Source: Octopus sinensis (lineage: Eukaryota). From it: a stretch of DNA of 64,000 nt. Below the pieces are notes generated by a model, which was not told the DNA's origin, did no database searches, and saw nothing but the letters and a program-made list of their open reading frames with translations. Positions 52,304-64,000 of this stretch are shown in pieces. The DNA lies in contig NC_043010.1 of the NCBI RefSeq assembly GCF_006345805.1, positions 43,462,001 through 43,526,000 on the forward strand. The letters run 5' to 3'. Position numbers and translations under genes: made by a program. How positions within the stretch are numbered: position 1 is the first letter of the stretch; each line of letters starts with the position of its first letter.

Positions 52304-54872
52304 TATGTATATGCATACAAACATACATACATATATAGACTTGTATGTGTAGTGTGTGTGTAAGAAAAAAATTTAAATCTCACAGAAAACTAGATTTAAA
52401 AAATGATCACCTGTAATACATGTCTTTATAAACATTTTAATGACTTTATTCCAAATAACCTTTGCTGCTTTAAAAATACACCTTATATATATTTTTTTTC
52501 TTATTTTTCTCTCTTAAAAAAATTTAAGATTTTTCTATTTACAGATTTTTTTTTTTCTTTTGGCAATATTGGGACTTTTTGAGAGATTTTTTTTAAAGCT
52601 CTCTCCACTAAATCTTAAAATATGTAGCCCAACATGGTGAATTGTGAAAAAAAGTTTGTTGTTAATGTTAAATTAAACCTTATTGCCCAAAGTTTTTGAA
52701 AAGAGTCATCCATTTTCTGTTTCTACTTTTTCTTAGTAGATAAGGGCATTATCTTGGTATTTTTAAGAGTTATTTTAAACTCTGTGCTGCATTTTAAATA
52801 TATATATTGTACAGCATGGTAATTGCAAACAAACAAAAAAAGTGTTAATTCCAACCTTGCTGCCTCATCCTTAAAACAATGATAATTCTCTTGGATCTCC
52901 TGAAAAAAAGTTAAACAAAATTACAATGAATTCCAACTGCTCACCTCACAATGATTTTAACAAATTCCTGCTGTTTTAACTTTTCTGTTACACTAAACCC
53001 AATGCCAACTTTTAATGAAGCCATAGAATTGAAAACATGCAAGTAATCTGTATGTTGGCACACTAGAGTTGAGATCTATAGAAAAATATTATATATACTA
53101 TTCAACCACACATCTTTGCACGAATCTTACGGAATTTATATATTTTTTTCTATTCGTGTTTTTTTAGTGTTGTACTTTCAATGGAGTGTGTTTGTATGAC
53201 TGTATGGAATACATTTGTGCCAGCATAATACATTTGTGAATGTTTGTCTTTGTATTTTGTTTATGTGTTAAGTCGCACGAGAGTTTATGGATATGCATAT
53301 TTGCCTAACAGTGTTTGTGTATATTCATGTGTAAGTAACTCAGTGTGTGTCTAAGTGCATGTAAAATGAAATGATGTGTATTTGTAGAATTCATATGATG
53401 TTCAGGCTCCACAGAAGGTGATCAGAGATATATGTTTATTGTTAGATTCTCCTTTGCAGTTGAAAAAATTTCTCTAAACAAAATAAAAAAAAAAAAATTA
53501 AAACTATTGATATTAATTACTGTTAACAAAGTTTTATACATAACAATTAAATGAAAGCAAAAAATTAACAAATATGAGATATTGCTATGATTATAAAGTA
53601 ATAGATTCTATACATGTTTATGTGTGTATGCATGGATGTTTTCATAGGTTTAAGTGTAAATTATAAAACATTATCAAATATTAAGTCAGTTTAAATATAT
53701 GTTTGAAACAATAATTTGGGGATTAAAAGAAGAACAAGAAACCCACTGACAGGATTCCAATCATGTGTCTTTCACTTGCTAAGGGTTTTTTTTTTACATT
53801 AAAATCTTAACTATTGAATTCTAATAAATAATTAATAATCTTAAGGTTTATATTTATCAAAGCACCAAATCAAGATAGTCTCTCAAGATGACTCCACCTC
53901 TTCATTTCTGTTTTCTTTTCTTGAAAATCTAAACTTCTCTTTACCATCAATTTGAAATTCTTGGGTACAGCTGTCTCCTTTGAAGATGGCCTCTTGACCC
54001 TCAAATTCTTTTCTAATTGCTGCACAAATACTCAGTACTTTTACTCTACTTCATCTAACTAAACTTGTCTTCAATTTTCTTCAAACAGGGAAGCAAAGTG
54101 TCCATTGACACCAAAATGGACTAGAGTTACACCATCTTCTTTTTTTGGCAGCCATGTTGAAGGCTGAATTTTTATCCACTTTACAAGGGTAACACCTGAG
54201 TTATACAGTCATTACATTAATGACTGTATCAGTACCACTTTGCTCACTAGAGAGCAGTCTGGACTTTTCACATTCTTTATCAATAATATTCACCTATATC
54301 ACTTCATCATAAAAAAAAAACTATACTTTTTTTCTCTGCCTTCTCAGGGCATTTTTGTCTTTATAATTCTAAGCAATCCTTACAGACTGTAGTTTCTCAT
54401 TTCCTTATAGTCTTCATAGTCTCTCCCATCATACTTATGTATGTATCTGTAGTAGTGTATAGATACCCTTTTGTTTATGATTCACCTTTGTTCTCCCTCT
54501 CTTCAAAGACAAACAAATGTCCAAAATATTTAAACTTTCGCTAATCATAGAAATCAACTCATTAAACTCTTCTGGAAAAAACTAGCTGATTAATTGAGTT
54601 TATTATTTCTTTTACATCAAATACATGTTCAGATCTAATCTAGGAGTGACTGAAGCATAAACTGTGTCTGAAGCAATCAGTATTGCAGCAGTTAAACAAC
54701 AATAAAAGTAGATACAAGGTTTGAGTCTCATTAGTGGGTTTATTGCTATTTTTGGACACCAAATTTGTGTCTACACAGATTTGTTCAAAATTATTTATAA
54801 TTTTATGCATGTATATATGTATGCATGCAAGTGTGTCCTATATGTATTTATGTATTATATCATTATATATAT

Positions 54873-54945
<73 letters not shown>

Positions 54946-56478
54946 GTATGTATGTATGTATGTATGTATGTATGTATACACATACACATATAATGTCTTT
55001 ACAGATATGTGTGATTTACTGGTGACAAAATGACATAATATCAGAATAACAAAGAAAGTTTTTAATTACTTAACTTTAGGTTCTTGCATTTATAACTCTT
55101 TCATTAAATCAACTGATTTGTAGTTGCATTGATAAACTTAGTAAACTTAGGAAAGTAGGCATATTGGGAAGCAGAAATGTGTTTGTACCTTTACTGCACA
55201 GAAACAGCAAATATACACTACCTTTTGTCTGTTTCCTCTCTGTGGTTAGGGCGTGATTCTGCTTGTTAAGAAAGTATATATTTCTCCAATTTTGAGGTTT
55301 ATAGCATCTTGTGTCTCACCAAGCATTGTTTCTTTGTTTTTGTTATTTCATCAGCCTGTTAATCTCTGCTCAGATGCTGTGCTAGGTGATTTTACTTCAT
55401 AGAACTGTTCTAATATTCTTATGTGTAGCTCTTGTTTTGTTGATCTAATTTATGTATTTCTGCATTAGCAATATAGTTTGTAAACTTTATTCTTAAGTAT
55501 AATGTTCATTTCGCAGATCATTGGTACATTTTCTCACCCGATTGAACAATAGTTAAGGTGGTATGTTTCTTATGTGTGATTATTGCATTGGCCAGAGGAC
55601 ATGTGTTGTATAACTGCATGCTTCTCCTAATAGATGGGAAGTAATGTGAGGATTGAAAAGGGAGCAAGCACATTGCTCTGTTTAATACATTTAAACAGTT
55701 TTAAACTTCTTAAACTCATGCAACACCATGGCTAAAATAGATTAACTATGTACATACCAACTCATTTTTATTTTCTCCTTAAAGAATAAGGTAGCTGGTG
55801 GAGATGGAAGAGGATTCAATAGTATTTTTTGGTAGAACCTGGTATTTGTCAGTTTGAGAACAAATTTAAAGTATAAGCATATGTTGTTATTCTTAACAGG
55901 GAGACCAGACTTCTTGATGCAGCACCTTAATTGATTTTTCATCTGTACAGGAGAACAAATCCAATTTTTGTCATTCTTTAAGCCCCCTTTCCTTCTCTCT
56001 CACTTTCAATCTCTCTCTCCCCATTACATCTATTGCTCTCTTTCATACTATCTACCTGGTCAATGTCAGTATCTAGCACTCCATGTCATATACCCTTTCT
56101 TCTACTTCTCTTTCATTGTTTCTGCAATGATCCACCTGTGTAATGTCGGTATCTGATGTCCTGTATGCTTGTCTGACTCCCATAGCATATATGTGCTTCA
56201 CGAAATGTGATCATAAAATCAAGCAGAGAGAAGCTCTCCAAAGGTCTTCCTCAAGGAACATGACTGCATGGTTTCCACATATCTGACCTGAAGCAGATGA
56301 ATTCATTAGTTGCTACACAATTGGGTATAAAACAATGACAGCTATTTGTTATACCAATACTGTGTCACTTGGTCATTTTGTTATGTCACTTTGGTGCATT
56401 ATGGTAAATCACACAACTAAATTCACTGTATGTGTGTATTTCTGCATGTAAATGCATGTATATGCATATGTGCACGAG

Positions 56479-56518
<40 letters not shown>

Positions 56519-56753
56519 TTATATATATATATATATATATATAATATACATACATACATGTATATATATAATATTCATACTTACATATATATATATATAA
56601 TATAATATATACTTACATATATATATATATACATATATACATATACATATATATACATATACACATATGTTATATATGTATATGTATATATAGGTAAATG
56701 CCCTTGTAAATATATAAATATAAACATACATCCACATATATACATACACACAG

Positions 56754-56816
<63 letters not shown>

Positions 56817-56835
56817 TGTATGTATATATATGTAT

Positions 56836-56880
<45 letters not shown>

Positions 56881-56883
<3 letters not shown>

Positions 56884-57256
56884 TCATTCTTGAATTTTGT
56901 TTTGCTGTAAATTTGAGTTGAAACTTTTTATATGTACATAGAAGAGAGAAAGAGAGAGTTGTTGTTGTTGCTGTTGCTGTTATTGTTGTTATTGTTATTA
57001 TTGTTGCTGTTTTCATATGTCAATTGTCTTGTTAAACTTTGACAAAGATTGCAAATGTCAATTTTTATTTCCAACCTAAATCCTGATCTATGCACAAATT
57101 AAGACATACGGGTAAGGTTCTTCACCCGCAAGAAAGTCTCTCACCCACTCCATCAATACAACTCCTACACCTTTCCCTTCCTCTCAGGGTAGGGTTCTCT
57201 GCTTGCTATAATAAATTATGTAAGCAGACAGAGCTAATTGTTATTAATGTATGTAA

Positions 57257-57298
<42 letters not shown>

Positions 57299-57349
57299 AT
57301 GTGTGTGTGTGTATGAGTGTGTGTGAGTGTGTGTGTATGAGTGAGTGTG

Positions 57350-57398
<49 letters not shown>

Positions 57399-57413
57399 GT
57401 ATATGTATATATG

Positions 57414-57464
<51 letters not shown>

Positions 57465-57484
57465 GTATATATGTATATATATAT

Positions 57485-57532
<48 letters not shown>

Positions 57533-58099
57533 TCATTCTTGAATTTTGTTTTGCTGTAAATTTGAGTTGAAACTTTTTATATGTACATAGAAGAGAGAAA
57601 GAGAGAGTTGTTGTTGTTGCTGTTGCTGTTATTGTTGTTATTGTTATTATTGTTGCTGTTTTCATATGTCAATTGTCTTGTTAAACTTTGACAAAGATTG
57701 CAAATGTCAATTTTTATTTCCAACCTAAATCCTGATCTATGCACAAATTAAGACATACGGGTAAGGTTCTTCACCCGCAAGAAAGTCTCTCACCCACTCC
57801 ATCAATACAACTCCTACACCTTTCCCTTCCTCTCAGGGTAGGGTTCTCTGCTTGCTATAATAAATTATGTAAGCAGACAGAGCTAATTGTTATTAATGTA
57901 TGTAAATGTGTGTGTGTGTGGTGTGTGTGTGTGTGTGTTGTGTGTGTGTGTGCATGTGTGTGTGTGTATGAGTGTGTGTGAGTGTGTGTGTATGAGTGAG
58001 TGTGTGTGTGCATATATATATATATAATATATATATATATATGTATATATATATGTATATGTATATATGTATATATATATATATATATAATATATATAA

Positions 58100-58130
<31 letters not shown>

Positions 58131-58166
58131 ATATGTATATATGTATATATATATATATATTATATA

Positions 58167-58200
<34 letters not shown>
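56881..58200 (+). repeat. Tandem duplication, period ~649 bp
   Basis: GTTTCATTCTTGAATTTTG starts at 56881 and 57530. The unique parts appear identical; only microsatellite lengths differ. Confidence 0.93.
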
Positions 58201-58209
<9 letters not shown>

Positions 58210-58708
58210 AACATATACATATGTATGGTCTTGTAGAGACCAACATATATATATGTGTAATGTACGATATTTTTGAATATGTGTGTATTCCTGCACATTC
58301 ACATATACACAAGGATATATATTTATTGAACTGTTCATGAATGCATGCGAGTGTCTGTATAACTCTACAACAAATATGTCAGTTAGATTCCTATCATCTT
58401 TCTGAGATTCTAATTAAAAGAAATTAATTATATAATATATGATATAACATTTACAAAATTTCAAAGTAAAGAAAGAAAAATACAAAAATGATAAAATCTA
58501 GAGAAAAGTTCTTTATTTATTGTTTTTGCTATCTTTGTTCTTTGAACTCACAATGAAATGTTTGGCTGTGTGAGATTGACAATACTTCCTGGAGAATATA
58601 AGGTGGATAACTTTTTGTATTTTTTTTTGTTTTGTTTCTTTTTTTAATGTTATGAATAAACAAACATAAATTTTTTCCTTGTTTTTGTTTTCATTTATTC
58701 TTTTCATC

Positions 58709-59004
58709 AAAAAGCACCATCCGAATCGTGGCCGATGCCAGCGCCGCCTTGACTGGCTTCTGTGCCGGTGGCACGTAAAATGCACCAATCCGATCATGGT
58801 CATTGCCAGCCTCGCCTAGCACCTGTGCAGGTGGCACGTAAAAAGCACCCACTACACTCACGGAGTGGTTGGCATTAGGAAGGGCATCCAGCTGTAGAAA
58901 CACTGCCTGGTGCAGCCTTCTGGCTTCCCAGATCCCCGGTCAAACCGTCCAACCCATGCTAGCATGGAGAACGGACGTTAAATGATGATGATGATGATGA
59001 TGAT
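58709..59004 (+). mobile_element. Repeat family C copy
   Basis: Collinear with the 14892 copy; (GAT)n tail. Confidence 0.85.
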
Positions 59005-59316
59005 CCCAGCTACATGGAAACATTCTGCACTCACATGAGAAGTGTGTAGATGTTGAGATTGTTAATAATCTCAGTTGGTAACATAGTTTCACTTCCTATG
59101 CAATAAACTGAATGTATAAAATGTATAATTATTATTTAGAGTGCAATTCTGCTTGGTTGTGAAACTTGAGAATTAATTGAAAAAGATTTGCAAAGGCCTG
59201 AGCACATGCATTAAGTATACTCTATTGAGCATGCAACATTTACCTTCGATATGAACAGCAGAGTACAAGAAAAAGAACAGAGAAAATTACTGACTTTCAA
59301 ACTATCTAAGGTTTAT

Positions 59317-59690
59317 CTTATCGTCATCGTTGACATCGTTGTCGTCGTCGTCGTCATCATCATCATCATTTAATATTCATTGTCCATGCTGACATGGGTT
59401 GGATGGTTTGACCAGGGCTGGTAAGCTGGAAGGCTGCACCAGACTCCAGTCTGATTTGGCATGGTTTTCTATGACTGGATGCCCTTCCTAACACCAACCA
59501 CTTTGAGAGTCTAATGGGTGCTTTTACATGCCACCAACATGGGTGCTTTTATGTGCCACCAGCATGGGTGCCATTTGCGTGGCACCAGTATCTGCCACAA
59601 CTGCGATTTTGCTCAGCTTGATTGGGTCTTCTTCTCAAGCATGACGTAATGCCATAAATCTTGGTCATTGCATTATAAGTAATTAAATTA
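59317..59690 (-). mobile_element. Repeat family C copy, older
   Basis: (CAT/CGT)n followed by a diverged family C body. Confidence 0.8.
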
Positions 59691-59699
59691 GGTCCGATG

Positions 59700-60360
59700 T
59701 TTTGTAATCTTTGAGTAAATACTTCTGTTTCTTCAAGAAGCCCATAGCAGCTTGTTATGGTTATTTTGTTTTCATTTAAAATAGTATTGCAGCTTTCTCT
59801 ACTCAACAACGCTAATATCTGAGACTGTGTCTAGTGCCACTGTGTTCAAAGGCAGACATAGAATCAAGAATGGACCATAATGTTTTAAAGATGCTGTCAC
59901 TGTTTCCCATAGCCTTCAAATATAAATGGAAAGTCTTATAGAGAGCTTCCTGTATGGATTAACAATGTCTGTGTAAGTAGAACTGCATCTTGAAACTGTT
60001 TGCTGTTAATCTAATACAGGATTTTAGTATTGAACTATCACCTAACTCCATCTCAGTGCAGTACATCAAAGAATTTACAAAGCAAACCCTATTAAGGAGG
60101 AAGTTGAGTGGATGCCTGCAATGTCTGCAGTTGCAGTCACATGCAGGGACAGAGATGCTATTGCCAAAGTGGCACTTGATAGATCTAGTAAAATTCTTAT
60201 AAGAATAAGATACTTTGATCAAATTCCTGTTGAGAATCCTGTAGTTCTGTGAGGTTTTGGAAAATGGAGAAAGATCATGTTGAAGAGCTTCTTGGTTCAG
60301 ATATTCAGACTGAAGAGTGGATTGTACCATGGAAGCGCGTGGTTCAGGAATGTACTTCAC
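59700..60360 (-). mobile_element. Old PLE fragment (thumb to GIY-YIG), same general type as the 25953-30927 element
   Basis: YRILNRNLIKVSYSY, CDCNCR..PL...CFVNSLMY, LTANSFKMQFYLH resemble the corresponding segments of the large PLE. Confidence 0.7.
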
Positions 60361-60384
60361 TCTTTCTAAAAATTTGTCTGTAGA

Positions 60385-60800
60385 TGTGAGAAAGGAGCTG
60401 GAGGGCTGATGGAACCAGTGGAAATGCTATGTGATGAGGTGGAGAAGGTGAGAGAATTTTGTTATTTGGGAGAGAGGGTGGATGTAAAGCAGCTGTGACA
60501 GCAAGAGCGAGACTTGGCTGGGTGAAATGTGGAGCATTGTTATATGGGAAAAGGTTCTGATTAAAGAAGAAAGGAAGGGTCTATAAGAGTTGTGTGAGAG
60601 CTGCAATGCTGTATGGGAGTGAGACATGGTGTCTGAAGGAGTGAGAGATAGCAATCTTGAGAAGGACTGAGAGAGCAATGGTAAGAAAAATGTGTGGGGT
60701 GAAGCTGTTTGATAAGAGGACTGAGGATTTGATGGGAATGCTGTGGTTAGAGGAATCAGTGGAATGGTTGGCAAGGGTGAATGGAGATGCAATTTGGCAG
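60385..60800 (+). mobile_element. RTE-clade LINE fragment
   Basis: VEKVREFCYLG, AAVTARARLGW, YKSCVRAAMLYGSETW, LRRTERAMVRKMCGVKL remnants. Confidence 0.8.
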
Positions 60801-61588
60801 TGCCCCAGAATGGCCACAGTCTAATGAGTGAACCAAGTGAAACATAAATATGTATATATGTACATACATGTATATGCATATATATAAGCCAGGAACTTTT
60901 TAGTTTTATATAATATGTGTGTGTGTGTGTTTGAGCAACTTCCTCGACATCTTAGTCAAACCGTTTCTAAAATATGTGAAAAGCTTCATCAGGGATGACT
61001 TAGACATGCTTAGCCACCTACCAAAGACAGTAAATGAAGGAACCCTGTTAGTATCATTCGATGTGGTGGATTTGTACACCAATATCCCACACGATTATGA
61101 TATAGAAACGATCACCTTCTGGCTAGAAAATACCCAGAAGAAATCCCAGGATCCATCAACCACAGATTCATAATCGCAGCACTCAAATTCATCCTACTGA
61201 ACAACTATTTCATGTTCAATAAAGTTTACTATCTACAAAATATGTGGAATTGCAATGGGAACCCGAGCTGCTCCAATGATTGCAAACCTTGTAATGGGTT
61301 ACCTAGAGCTTAAAATATATCAATCATCACTACAAAATATGGCACCTCATTTCATTGCTATTTAAAGGAGAACTGGAAGAGGTATTTGGATGATTGCTTT
61401 ATACTTTGGAAAGACAGCATGGACAAACTACTTGATTTCAAAATAATGCTAAACAATATTAATAGCAACATACAGTTCACCATGGGGCACAGCAGTAAAC
61501 AACTCCCTTTTCTTGACATCCTAATTAAAATAGTCAATAACCACATTGAAACAGCCATCTTCTATAAACCCACAGATTCTAAACAATA

Positions 61589-61990
61589 GGCGCAGGAGTG
61601 GCTGTGTGGTAAGTAGCTTGTTTACCAACCACATGATTCCGGGTTCAGTCCTGCAGCGTGGCACCTTGGGCAAGTGTCTTCTACTATAGCCTCAGGCCGA
61701 CCAAAGCCTTGTGAGTAGATTTGGTAGACGGAAACTGAAAGAAGCCCGTGGTATATATGTATATATATATATATGAGTGTGTGTGTTTGTGTGTCTGTGT
61801 TTGTCCCCCTAGCATTGCTTGACAACAAAAGGCTGGTGTGTTTATGTCCCCGTTACTTAGTGGTTCGGCAAAAGAGACCGATAGAATAAGTACAGGGCTT
61901 ACAAAAGAATAAGTCCCGGGGTCGTGTTGCTCGATTAAAGGCGATGCTCCAGCATGGCTGCAGTCAAATGACTGAAACAAGTAAAAGAGT
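61589..61990 (+). mobile_element. SINE family A, full length, inserted in the PLE RT coding region
   Basis: Same head and tail as the 17448 copy. AATA is duplicated at 61585-61588 and 61991-61994. Removing the SINE restores KPTDSKQYLLF. Confidence 0.92.
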
Positions 61991-63032
61991 AATACCTATT
62001 ATTCAACTCATGCCACCCCAAACACATAAAAATTAATATACCTTATAATCTAGCGAAAAGAATCTGTACCAAAGTTTCGGATACCTATACTCATGAACGA
62101 AGACTCCTTGCACTCAGCTCAATACTAATAAAAAGACATTACCCAATATCATTAATAAATGATGGCATTAAATGAGCTAAGGAAATAGATATACAAACAT
62201 TAAGGGAAGTCAACCGAAATACTAAACCAGACTTTAAAATACTCTCATACATCTCCACACATAACCCTAGAAACAACGAAGCCTTCAACATTATCATCCA
62301 AAATCTACCCATCCTCACAGGAGATGAAACAATGAACAAAATTTTAAACTCACACAAAATTATCAAAAGCAAAATGCAACCTAAATCATTGAAAAAATAT
62401 TAACCAGCCTAAGACTATATCCATTAACAACAGAACCAAAAGTGAAAAAATGTGGTTGACCTAACTGTGGTACATGCCCCCACCTTTTGGAGGGTTCAAA
62501 GTTCCACTTTAAACAAGGTGAAATATTTAAGATTAAATCAAATTTCACCTGTGCCTCGGAAAATCTACTCTATGCCATTACATGCTTAGGGTGTGGTAAT
62601 AATTATATTGGCCAAACAGGGATATCACTCCATCAAAGACCCACTCTCCTCAAAGAACAAATCTGCCACCCACAATACAGACAAATACATGTCAGTGAAC
62701 ACATAGAAAGGTGTGCTAGGAATCTTAATCCTAATTTCCTAATTTTCCCCTTCTATCAATGTTCACAGAGCACCTCAGTACAACAAAGAATGAATAAAGA
62801 GGCAACTTTCATCAATAAATTTCTTCCACAACTCAATATGAACACATAACATAATACAGAACACTACTAACTTTTCAATTAATACCACTAACCCCCATAC
62901 ATCCCAAACACCATTCACATTACAGATCTATATCTACCCTAATTGCACCAAATACAGAACTACTTACCTCCCTTACATATAATTTTTTACTCAGGAACTA
63001 GTAGACCTGACACCGTTCAGTAATCGGTGTGC

Positions 63033-63080
63033 ATTCAAAGCTATGATTAGTAATTTTACGAAACCGGTATGCTTTTGAAT
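63033..63080 (+). ncRNA. Degenerate minimal hammerhead motif in the 3' end of the Neptune-like PLE
   Basis: ATTCAAAGC...GCTTTTGAAT stem I, mutated core (ATGATTA instead of CTGATGA), stem II GTAA/TTAC, GAAA, palindromic ACCGGT, GUA triplet. Confidence 0.6.
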
Positions 63081-63166
63081 CTCTTTAACAATTCACAATA
63101 ATGACTTTTATTACTTGTATTCCTACCTCAGTTCATCTAATTGTATATATTGTGTATAATTGTATA

Positions 63167-63229
63167 TAAAGGCGGTGCTCCAGCATGGCCGCAGTCAAAT
63201 GACTAAAACAAGCAAAAGAGTAAAAGAGC
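63167..63229 (+). mobile_element. SINE family A 3' fragment
   Basis: AAGGCGGTGCTCCAGCATGGCCGCAGTCAAATGAC...AAAAGAG. Confidence 0.8.
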
Positions 63230-63361
63230 ATATCTATCGTTACTTTTCATAAAAAGCATTTACTTTTTTGATTTCCAATGTGCATTTTCGCTTATTTTTT
63301 GTTCTTACTTTCCCCTTACATTTCAACGTGTAGTTTCTATTTTCTTTTTGTAACATATTTC

Positions 63362-63423
<62 letters not shown>

Positions 63424-63426
<3 letters not shown>

Positions 63427-63630
63427 GTAACTGAAAAGTTCCTGGCTTTTGGTAAAAGAAAATACAGGAGGCTCTGCTAATTATGATTTTATTCAACATA
63501 TTCCCCTCTCAGGCTCATGCACTTATTGTAGCAGACCTCTAGTAGTTTCTCTAAGCCCTGTAAAAGGCTTCCAACCAGGACTTACCACATACCCTTAAAG
63601 TCGGGGACTTTTCAGCACCCACCTCATGTG
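63424..63630 (-). mobile_element. Mariner-derived MITE
   Basis: Imperfect TIRs CTGAAAAGTTCCTGGCTTT / AAAGTCGGGGACTTTTCAG; transposase end NKCMSLRGEYVE* on the minus strand. Confidence 0.75.
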
Positions 63631-63638
63631 TATATATA

Positions 63639-63707
<69 letters not shown>

Positions 63708-63757
63708 CACACACACACGCACACACACACATACATATATATGCATACATATATAAA

Positions 63758-63816
<59 letters not shown>

Positions 63817-64000
63817 CAGATCTATACCATGATTCAAACATGGGGCCTTTTAGTTTCTCAACGTGAGAAGTTGTATACAATAATTGATATTACGTCACTT
63901 CAGCAACAATCTGGCCTATGATTTTGTTTTTAAGCAAGTAGGAATTTTTGGAATCTGATCAAATCAACTCGTGGATGTAATAATCTCAATGGCAATCTAT

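Larger units (their letters stand above)
60931..63165 (+). mobile_element. 5'-truncated Penelope-like element (Neptune-like), interrupted by a SINE
   Basis: RT motifs LVSFDVVDLYTNIPH, GIAMGTRAAPMIANL, RYLDDCFILW, LPFLDI, FYKPTDSKQ|YLLFNSCHPKH. Cys linker (CG*PNCGTC). GIY-YIG LLYAITCLGCGNNYIGQTG...PQLN (62487-62849). Begins right after (TG)n. Confidence 0.9.

Noticed and set aside
52380-53800. 3' UTR-like U/A-rich stretch with AATAAA plus A-run near 53482
   Set aside because: Such motifs are expected by chance in this composition; no linked exon.

Overview
AT-rich, microsatellite-saturated animal genomic DNA. The SINE repertoire and repeat landscape look cephalopod/Octopus-like (inference from recall, not checked). 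Only one credible host CDS is present: an intronless 299-aa type I membrane protein at 34763-35662 (+). Nearly all other ORFs in the track are microsatellite or transposon artefacts. The rest is a dense mobile-element record. (i) A near full-length Penelope-like element (PLE) lies at 25953-30927 (-), inserted in (TA)n, with direct and inverted pseudo-LTRs, a 5' intron, RT plus C-terminal GIY-YIG, and two complete type I hammerhead ribozyme motifs in opposite orientations. (ii) Two more PLE fragments and two decayed hammerhead-like motifs are present. (iii) A Tx1/L1-clade LINE 3' end sits in (GATA)n, and its last ~50 nt match the tail of a tRNA-derived SINE found twice in the window, a candidate SINE-LINE partner pair. 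(iv) There is an R4/Dong-like LINE with a duplicated 3' end next to (TAA)n. (v) RTE and CR1/Jockey-like fossils, three mariner derivatives, a piggyBac-type MITE and a hAT-type MITE also occur. (vi) Two local duplications and a 20-bp minisatellite complete the picture. All calls are from manual reading; no database searches were run.
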